DNA of 64,000 nt, from contig NC_090378.1 in NCBI RefSeq assembly GCF_036365525.1, positions 124,543,593 through 124,607,592 on the forward strand. The letters are read 5' to 3'. Below are positions 53,656-64,000 of this stretch, piece after piece (within the stretch, counting starts at the first letter, position 1; every line of letters starts with the position of its first letter). Under the pieces are notes generated by a model, which saw only the letters and a program-made list of their open reading frames with translations, had not been told where the DNA came from and did no database searches. The translations under genes were made by a program, and so were the position numbers. Source of the stretch: Heterodontus francisci (taxonomy: Eukaryota).

Positions 53656-53715
53656 GCAGAGCCCAGTGAAGGAAGAGTTTATCAGTAACCAGGCACAGAG
53701 ACAGGAGCAGGCACC

Positions 53716-53764
53716 ATGATTTCACCCATCCAGCTGATCTGGCCTCTGGCATTCTGCGTCGCAG
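53716..53764 (+). CDS. IGKV: Ig kappa-type light-chain V gene, leader exon (MISPIQLIWPLAFCVAG)
   Basis: Kozak GCACCATG, hydrophobic signal peptide and phase-1 donor G|GTACAA. The 186-bp intron (53765-53950) ends in a pyrimidine tract plus CAG. The leader resembles shark kappa (NS4/type III) leaders. Confidence 0.93.
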
Positions 53765-53950
53765 GTACAAAGCTCTCTCCTTCCATGTTTAATATTTTCC
53801 TGCTGTTTATTTCAGTCCAATTCTACTGACTTGTGATTGGACGGAAAATGCTGAAACAAGAGGAACGGTCACTGTCTCTAATAATATCTCATTTTACCGG
53901 GTCTTTCTGTGACAGTTCTTACTTCACTCTGTTTCTCTGTTACCCCTCAG

Positions 53951-54249
53951 GTATCAGTGGAGACACCATCATGACCCAGTTTCCACCGGCACTGTCAGTG
54001 ACACTGGGGCAGAACGCAACTATCACCTGTACGGCCAGCCAGTCCGTAGGCAAATATGTAGCTTGGTATCAGCAGCGAGAAGGTCAGAAACCCACTCTCC
54101 TGATCTATTTTGCAACAACTCGTTACACAGGAATATCGGAACGATTCACCGGAACTCAACAGAACACCAAATACACTCTGACAATCAGTAATGTACAGAA
54201 TGAGGATGTTGCAGATTATTACTGTCAGCAGTTTGACAGCTACCCTCTA
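53951..54249 (+). CDS. IGKV: Ig kappa-type light-chain V exon, germline unrearranged, intact frame
   Basis: (G)ISG-DTIMTQFPPALSVTLGQNATITCTASQSVGKYVAWYQQREGQKPTLLIYFATTRYTGISERFTGTQQNTKYTLTISNVQNEDVADYYCQQFDSYPL. Conserved Cys (54028), Trp (54064) and DYYC Cys (54223), kappa-style CQQ...P and a 12-RSS. Confidence 0.95.
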
Positions 54250-54277
54250 CACAGTGAGACAGAGCCTTACAAAAACC
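54250..54277 (+). other. Recombination signal sequence, 12-bp spacer, perfect consensus
   Basis: CACAGTG (54250-54256), AGACAGAGCCTT (12 bp), ACAAAAACC (54269-54277). Confidence 0.98.
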
Positions 54278-54282
54278 TCAAT

Positions 54283-57200
54283 ACACACAGTCCCACCTCC
54301 CGCACTGACACATCCCACAGTTATATATAATATATAATATTGGACACACAGTCCCACCTCCTGTACTGACACATCCCACTGTTATACATAATATATAATA
54401 ATGGACACACAGTCCCACCTCCTGTACTGACACATCGCACAGTTATACCTTCTATATAATAATGGACACACAGTCCCACCTCCTGTACTGACACATCGCA
54501 CAGTTATACCTTCTATATAATAATGGACACACAGTCCCACCTCCTGTACTGACACATCCCACACTTATATCTAACATATAATAATGGACACACAGTCCCA
54601 CCTCCTGTACTGACACATCCCACAGTTATATATAATATATAATAATGGACACAAAGTCCCACCTCCTGTACTGACACATCCCACAGTTATATATAGTATA
54701 TAATATTGGACAGACAGTCCCACCTCCTGGACTGACACATCCCACAGTATATATAATATATAATAATGGACACACAGTCCCACCTCCTGTACTGACACAT
54801 CCCACAGTTATATATAATATATAATACTGGACACACAGTCCCACATCCTGTACTGAAACATCCCACAGTAAAAAATAATATATAATAATGGACACACAGT
54901 CCCACCTCCTGTACTGACACATCCCACACTTATAGCTAACATATAATAATGGACACACAGTTCCACCTCCTGTCCTGACACATCCCACACTTATATCTAA
55001 CATATAATAATGGACACACAGTCCCACCTCCTGTACTGACACATCCCACACTTATATCTAACATATAATAATGGACACACAGTCCCACCTCCTGTCCTGA
55101 CACATCCCACACTTATATCTAACATATAATATTGGACACACATTCCCACCTCCTGTACTGACACATCCCAAACTTATATCTAACATATAATAATGGACAC
55201 ACAGTCCCACCTCCTGTACTGACACATCCCACAGTTATAAATAATATATAATAATGGACACAAAGTCCCACCTCCTGTACTGACACATCCCAAAGTTATA
55301 TATAATATATAATAATAGACACACAGTCCCACCTCCTGCACTGACACATCCCACAGTTATATATAAGATATAATAATGGACACACAGTCTCACCTCCTGT
55401 ACTGACACATCCCACAGTTATATATAATATATAATAATGAACACACAGTCCCACCTCCTGTACTGACAGATACCACAGTTATATATAATATATAATAATG
55501 GACACACAGTCCCACCTCCTGTACTGACAGATACCACAGTTATATATAATATATAATAATGGACACACAGTCCCACCTCCTGTACTGACACATCCCACAG
55601 TTATAAATAATATATAATAATGGACACAAAGTCCCACCTCCTGTACTGACACATCCCAAAGTTATATATAATATATAATAATAGACACACAGTCTCACCT
55701 CCTGTACTGACACATCCCACAGTTATAAATAATATATAATAATGGACACAAAGTCCCACCTCCTGTACTGACACATCCCAAAGTTATATATAATATATAA
55801 TAATAGACACACAGTCTCACCTCCTGTACTGACACATCCCACAGTTATAAATAATATATAATAATGGACACACAGTCCCACCTCCTGCACTGACACATCC
55901 CACAGTTATATATAATATATAATAATGGACACACAGTCCCACCTCCTGTACTGACACATCCCACAGTTATATATAATATATAATAATGGACACACAGTCC
56001 CACCTCCTGTACTGACACATCCCACAGTTATATATAATATATAATAATGGACACACAGTCCCACCTCCAGTACTGACACATCCCACAGTTATATATAATA
56101 TATAATAATGGACACACAGTCCCACCTCCAGTACTGACACATCCCACAGTTAAATATAATGTATAATAATGGACACACAGTCCCACCTCCTGCACTGACA
56201 CATCCCACAGTTATATATAATATATAATAATGGACACACAGTCCCACCTCCTGCACTGACACATCCCACAGTTATATATAATATATAATAATGGACACAC
56301 AGTCCCACCACCTGCACTGACACATCCCACAGTTATATATAATATATAATAAAGGACACACAGTCCCACCTCCTGTACTGACACATCCCACAGTTATATA
56401 TAATATATAATAATGGACACACAGTCCCACCTCCTTTACTGACACATCCCACAGTTATATATAATATATAATAAAGGACACAGTCCCACCTCCTGTACTG
56501 ACCCATCCCACAGTTATATATAATATATAATAATGGACACACAGTCCCACCTCCTTTACTGACACATCCCACAGTTATATATAATATATAATAAAGGACA
56601 CAGTCCCACCTCCTGTACTGACACATCCCACAGTTATATATAATATATAATAATGGACACACAGTCCCACCTCCTTTACTGACACATCCCACAGTTATAT
56701 ATAATATATAATAATGGACACACAGTCCCACCTCCTGTCCTGACACATTTCCCAGTTATATATAATACATAAGAATGGACACACAGTCCCACTTCCTGTA
56801 CTGACACATCCCACAGTTATATATAATATATAATAATGGACACACAGTCCCACCTCCTGCACTGACACATCCCACAGTTATATATAATATATAATAATGG
56901 ACACACAGTCCCACCACCTGCACTGACACATCCCACAGTTATATATAATATATAATAAAGGACACACAGTCCCACCTCCTGTACTGACACATCCCACAGT
57001 TATCTATAATATATAATAATGGACACACAGTCCCACCTCCTGTCCTGACACATCCCACAGTTATATATAATACATAATAATGGACACACAGTCCCACTTC
57101 CTGTACTGACACATCCCACAGTTATATATAATAGATAATAATGGACACACAGTCCCACCTCCCGTACTGACACATCCCACAGTTATATATAATATATAAT

Positions 57201-60200
57201 AATGGACACACAGTCCCACCTCCTGTACTAACACATCCTACAGTTATATATAATATATAATAATGGACACACAGTCCCACCTCCTGTCCTGACACATCCC
57301 ACAGTTATATATAATACATAATAATGGACACACAGTCCCACCTCCTGTCCTGACACATCCCACAGTTATATATAATACATAATAATGGACACACAGTCCC
57401 ACCTCCAGTACTGACACATCCCACAGTTATATATAATATATAATAATGGACACACAGTCCCACCTCCTGTCCTGACACATCCCACAGTTATATATAATAT
57501 TTAATAATGGACACACAGTCCCACTTCCTGTACTGACACATCCCACAGTTATATATAATAGATAATAATGGACACACAGTCCCACCTCCTGTACTGACAC
57601 ATCCCACAGTTATATATAATATATAATAATGGACACACAGTCCCACCTCCTGTACTAACACATCCTACAGTTATATATAATATATAATAATGGACACACA
57701 GTCCCACCTCCTGTCCTGACACATCCCACAGTTATATATAATACATAATAATGGACACACAGTCCCACCTCCTGTACTGACACATCCCACAGTTATATAT
57801 AATATATAATAATGGACACACAGTCCCACCTCCTGTCCTGACACATCCCACAGTTATATATAATACATAATAATGGACACACAGTCCCACCTCCAGGACT
57901 GACACATCCCACAGTTATATATAATACATAATAATGGACACACAGTCCCACTTCCTGTACTGACACATCCCACAGTTATATATAATAAATAATAATGGAC
58001 ACACAGTCCCACCTCCTGTACTGACACGTCCCACATTTATATATAATATATAATATTGGAAACAAAGTCCCACCTCCTGTACTGACACATCCCACAGTTA
58101 TATATAATAGATAATAATGGACACACAGTCCCACCTCCTGTACTGACACATCCCACAGTTATATATAATAGATAATAATGGACACACAGTCCCACCTCCT
58201 GTACTGACACATCCCACAGTTATATATAATAAATAATAATGGACACACAGTCCCACCTCCTGTACTGACACATCCCACAGTTATATATAATATATAATAT
58301 TGGAAACAAAGTCCCACCTCCTGTACTGACACATCCCACAGTTATATATAATAGATAATAATGGACACACAGTCCCACCTCCTGTACTGACACATCCCAC
58401 AGTTATATATAATATATAATATTGGAAACAAAGTCCCACCTCCTGTACTGACACATCCCACAGTTATCTATAATATATAGTAATGGACACACAGTCCCAC
58501 CTCCTGTACTGACACATCCCACAGTTATATATAATAAATAATAATGGACACACAGTCCCACCTCCTGTACTGACACGTCCCACATTTATATATAATATAT
58601 AATAATGGACACACAGTCCCACCTCCTGTACTGACACATCCCAAAGTTATATATAATATATAATAATAGACACACAGTCCCACCTCCTGCACTGACACAT
58701 CCCACAGTTATATATAAGATATAATAATGGACACACAGTCTCACCTCCTGTACTGACACATCCCACAGTTATATATAATATATAATAATGAACACACAGT
58801 CCCACCTCCTGTACTGACAGATACCACAGTTATATATAATATATAATAATGGACACACAGTCCCACCTCCTGTACTGACAGATACCACAGTTATATATAA
58901 TATATAATAATGAACACACAGTCCCACCTCCTGTACTGACAGATACCACAGTTATAAATAATATATAATAATGGACACAAAGTCCCACCTCCTGTACTGA
59001 CACATCCCAAAGTTATATATAATATATAATAATAGACACACAGTCCCACCTCCTGCACTGACACATCCCACAGTTATATATAATATATAATAATGAACAC
59101 ACAGTCCCACCTCCTGTACTGACAGATACCACAGTTATATATAATATATAATAATGAACACACAGTCCCACCTCCTGTACTGACAGATACCACAGTTATA
59201 AATAATATATAATAATGGACACAAAGTCCCACCTCCTGTACTGACACATCCCAAAGTTATATATAATATATAATAATAGACACACAGTCCCACCTCCTGC
59301 ACTGACACATCCCACAGTTATATATAATATATAATAATGGACACACAGTCTCACCTCCTGTACTGACACATCCCACAGTTATATATAATATATAATAATG
59401 AACACACAGTCCCACCTCCTGTACTGACAGATACCACAGTTATAAATAATATATAATAATGGACACAAAGTCCCACCTCCTGCACTGACAGATACCACAG
59501 TTATATATAATATATAATAATGGACACACAGTCCCACCTCCTGTACTGACAGATACCACAGTTATATATAATATATAATAATGGACACAAAGTCCCACCT
59601 CCTGTACTGACACATCCCACAGTTATAAATAATATATAATAATGGACACAAAGTCCCACCTCCTGTACTGACACATCCCAAAGTTATATATAATATATAA
59701 TAATAGACACACAGTCCCACCTCCTGCAATGACACATCCCACAGTTATATATAAGATATAATAATGGACACACAGTCTCCCCTCCTGTACTGACACATCC
59801 CAAAGTTATATATAATATATAATAATGGACACACAGTCACACCTCCTGTACTGACACATCCCACAGTTATAAATAATATATAATAATGGACACAAAGTCC
59901 CACCTCCTGTACTGACACATCCCAAAGTTATATATAATATATAATAATAGACACACAGTCCCACCTCCTGCAATGACACATCCAACAGTTATATATAAGA
60001 TATAATAATGGACACACAGTCTCCCCTCCTGTACTGACACATCCCAAAGTTATATATAATATATAATAATAGACACACAGTCCCACCTCCTGCACTGACA
60101 CATCCCACAGTTATATATAAGATATAATAATGGACACACAGTCCCACCTCCCGCACTGACACATCCCACAGTTATATATAATATATAATAATGGACACAA

Positions 60201-63200
60201 AGTCCCACCTCCTGTACTGACCCATCCCACAGTTATATATAATATATAATAATGGACACACAGTCCCACCTCCTGTACTGACACATCCCACAGTTATATA
60301 TAATATATAATAATGAACACACAGTCCCACCTCCTGTACTGACAGATACCACAGTTATATATAATATATAATAATGGACACACAGTCCCACCTCCTGTAC
60401 TGACAGATACCACAGTTATATATAATATATAATAATGGACACACAGTCCCACCTCCTGGACTGACTCATCCCACAGTTATAGATAATATATAATAATGGA
60501 CACACAGTCCCACCTCCTGGACTGACACATCCCACAGTTATATATAATATATAATAATGAACACACAGTCCCACCTCCTGTACTGACAGATACCACAGTT
60601 ATATATAATATATAATAATGGACACACAGTCCCACCTCCTGTACTGACACATCCCACAGTTATATATAATATATAATAATGAACACACAGTCCCACCTCC
60701 TGTACTGACAGATACCACAGTTATATATAATATATAATAATGGACACACAGTCTCACCTCCTGTACTGACACATCCCACAGTTATATATAATATATAATA
60801 ATGAACACACAGTCCCACCTCCTGTACTGACAGATACCACAGTTATATATAATATATAATAATGGACACAAAGTCCCAACTCCTGTACTGACCCATCCCA
60901 CAGTTATATATAATATATAATAATGGACACACAGTCCCACCTCCTGTACTGACAGATACCACAGTTATATATAATATATAATAATGGACACAAAGTCCCA
61001 ACTCCTGTACTGACCCATCCCACAGTTATATATAATATATAATAATGGACACACAGTCCCACCTCCTGTACTGACTCATCCCACAGTTATATATAATATA
61101 TAATAATGGACACACAGTCCCACCTCCTGTACTGACACATCCCACAGTTATATATAGTATATAATAATGGACACACAGTGCCACCTCCTGTACTGACACA
61201 TCACACAATTATATATAGTATATAATAATGGACACACATTCCCACCTCCAGGATTGACACGTCCCACAGTTATATATAATAGATAATAATGGACACACAG
61301 TCCCACCTCCTATACTGACACATCCCACAGTTATATATAATATATAATAATGGACAGACAGTCCCACCTCCTGCACTGACATATGCCGCAGTTATATAGA
61401 AGATATAATAATGGACACACAGTCCCACCTCCTGTACTGACATATCCCACAGTTATATATAATATATAATATTGGACAGACAGTCCCACCTCCTATATTG
61501 ACACATCCCACAGTTATATATAATATATAATAATGGACACACAGTCCCACCTCCTGTACTGACACATCCCACAGTTATAAATAATATATAATAATGGACA
61601 CAAAGTCCCACCTCATGTACTGACACATCCCAAAGTTATATATAATATATAATAATAGACACACAGTCCCACCTCCTGCACTGACACATCCCACAGTTAT
61701 ATATAAGATATAATAATGGACACACAGTCTCACCTCCTGTACTGACACATCCCACAGTTATATATAATATATAATAATGGACACACAGTCGCACCTCCTG
61801 CACTGACACTTCCCACAGTTATATATAATATATAATAATGGACACACAGTCCCACCCCCTTTACTGACACATCCCACACTTATATCTAATATATAATAAT
61901 GGTCACACAGTCCCACCTCCTGTCCTGACACATCCCACAGTTATATATAATACATATTAAAGGACACACAGTCCCACCTCCTGCACTGACAGATACCACA
62001 GTTATATATAATATATAATAATGGACACAAAGTCCCACCTCCTTTACTGACACATCCCACAGTTATATATAATATATAATAAAGGACACACAGTCCCACC
62101 TCCTGTACTGACCCATCCCACAGTTATATATAATATATAATAATGGACACACAGTCCCACCTCCTTTACTGACACATCCCACAGTTATATATAATATATA
62201 ATAAAGGACACACAGTCCCACCTCCTGTACTGACCCATCCCACAGTTATATATAATATATAATAATGGACACACAGTCCCACCTCCTGTATTGACACATC
62301 CCACAGTTATATATAATATATAATAAAGGACACACAGTCCCACCTCCTGTACTGACCCATCCCACAGTTATATATAATATATAATAATGGACACACAGTC
62401 CCACCTCCTTTACTGACACATCCCACAGTTATATATAATATATAATAATGGACACACAGTCCCACCTCCTTTACTGACACATCCCACAGTTATATATAAT
62501 ATATAATAAAGGACACAGTCCCACCTCCTGTACTGACCCATCCCACAGTTATATATAATATATAATAATGGACACACAGTCCCACCTCCTTTACTGACAC
62601 ATCCCACAGTTATATATAATATATAATAATGGACACACAGTCCCACCTCCTGTACTGACCCATCCCACAGTTATATATAATATATAATAATGGACACACA
62701 GTCCCACCTCCTTTACTGACACATCCCACAGTTATATATAATATATAATAAAGGACACACATTCCCACCTCCTTTACTGACACATCCCACAGTTATATAT
62801 AATATATAATAAAGGACACAGTCCCACCTCCTGTACTGACCCATCCCACAGTTATATATAATATATAATAATGGACACACAGTCCCACCTCCTTTACTGA
62901 CACATTCCACAGTTATATATAATATATAATAATGGACACAAAGTCCCACCTCCTGTACTGACACATCCCACACTTATATCTAACATATAATAATGGTCAC
63001 ACAGTCCCACCTCCTGTCCTGACACATTTCCCAGTTATATATAATACATAAGAATGGACACACAGTCCCACTTCCTGTACTGACACATCCCACAGTTATA
63101 TATAATATATAATAAAGGACACACAGTCCCACCTCCTGCACTGACACATCCCACAGTTATATATAATATATAATAATGGACACACAGTCCCACCACCTGC

Positions 63201-64000
63201 ACTGACACATCCCACAGTTATATATAATATATAATAAAGGACACACAGTCCCACCTCCTGCACTGACACATCCCACAGTTATATATAATATATAATAATG
63301 GACACACAGTCCCACCTCCTGCACTGACACATCCCACAGTTATATATAATATATAATAAAGGACACACAGTCCCACCTCCTGCACTGACACATCCCACAG
63401 TTATATATAATATATAATAAAGGACACACAGTCCCACCTCCTGCACTGACACATCCCACAGTTATATATAATATATAATAAAGGACACACAGTCCCACCT
63501 CCTGCACTGACACATCCCACAGTTATATATAATATATAATAATGGACACACAGTCCCACCACCTGCACTGACACATCCCACAGTTATATATAATATATAA
63601 TAAAGGACACACAGTCCCACCTCCTGCACTGACACATCCCACAGTTATATATAATATATAATAATGGACACACAGTCCCACCTCCTTTACTGACACATCC
63701 CACAGTTATATATAATATATAATAAAGGACACAGTCCCACCTCCTGTACTGACCCATCCCACAGTTATATATAATATATAATAATGGACACACAGTCCCA
63801 CCTCCTTTACTGACACATCCCACAGTTATATATAATATATAATAATGGACACACAGTCCCACCTCCTGTACTGACCCATCCCACAGTTATATATAATATA
63901 TAATAATGGACACACAGTCCCACCTCCTTTACTGACACATCCCACAGTTATATATAATATATAATAAAGGACACACATTCCCACCTCCTTTACTGACACA
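54283..64000. repeat. 61-bp tandem array, ~160 copies, continues past the right edge
   Basis: Unit GGACACACAGTCCCACCTCCTGTACTGACACATCCCACAGTTATATATAATATATAATAAT. The pattern shifts 1 nt per 60-nt line, giving a 61-bp period. A few units are 59 bp. Confidence 0.98.

Noticed and set aside
52892-53770. 292-aa and 207-aa minus-strand Leu/Ser-rich ORFs
   Set aside because: Translations of the (TC)n strand of a GA-rich tract, antisense to the Ig promoter and leader.
53951-54277. Germline-joined VJ, lambda/sigma light chain, TCR V or VNAR
   Set aside because: An intact RSS follows V, so it is not joined. The 12-bp spacer, leader, DxxMTQ start, CTASQSV and CQQ motifs fit kappa.
53833-54330. ORF-track 165-aa ORF as the true gene model
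   Set aside because: It starts in the intron and reads through the RSS. The real structure is leader 53716-53764 spliced to V 53951-54249.
54382-63862. Cys/Tyr/Ile-rich minus-strand ORFs
   Set aside because: Satellite translations with no independent coding evidence.

Overview
Vertebrate genomic DNA, almost certainly from a cartilaginous fish (shark-type Ig leader and shark-type LINE, Penelope and Harbinger relics). About 82% of the window is tandem repeat: a 36-bp minisatellite (1-2457), a ~39-kb purine/G-rich 23-bp satellite with higher-order structure (6141-45567), a 43-bp minisatellite (51747-52446) and a 61-bp array (54283 to window end). The only intact host gene segment is an unrearranged immunoglobulin kappa-type (shark NS4/type III-like) light-chain V gene. 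It has a promoter with a variant octamer and TATA box, a leader exon (53716-53764), a GT-AG intron, a V exon (53951-54249) and a perfect 12-RSS (54250-54277). No J or C segment is visible. Instead, a 61-bp array starts about 5 bp after the RSS nonamer and runs at least 9.7 kb. Most of its units contain two CACAGT heptamer-like motifs and a heptamer-23 bp-nonamer-like arrangement, which amounts to up to ~160 candidate cryptic 23-RSSs. The rest is decayed mobile elements: Gypsy-type LTR plus gag start, a Penelope fragment with a degenerate hammerhead, a Harbinger Myb relic and MITE, a ~2.9-kb APE-RT LINE, and CR1 and L2 fragments. A small unique patch near 50.5 kb holds a cluster of B-cell transcription-factor motifs. 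Repeat-family names come from motif recognition, not database searches.
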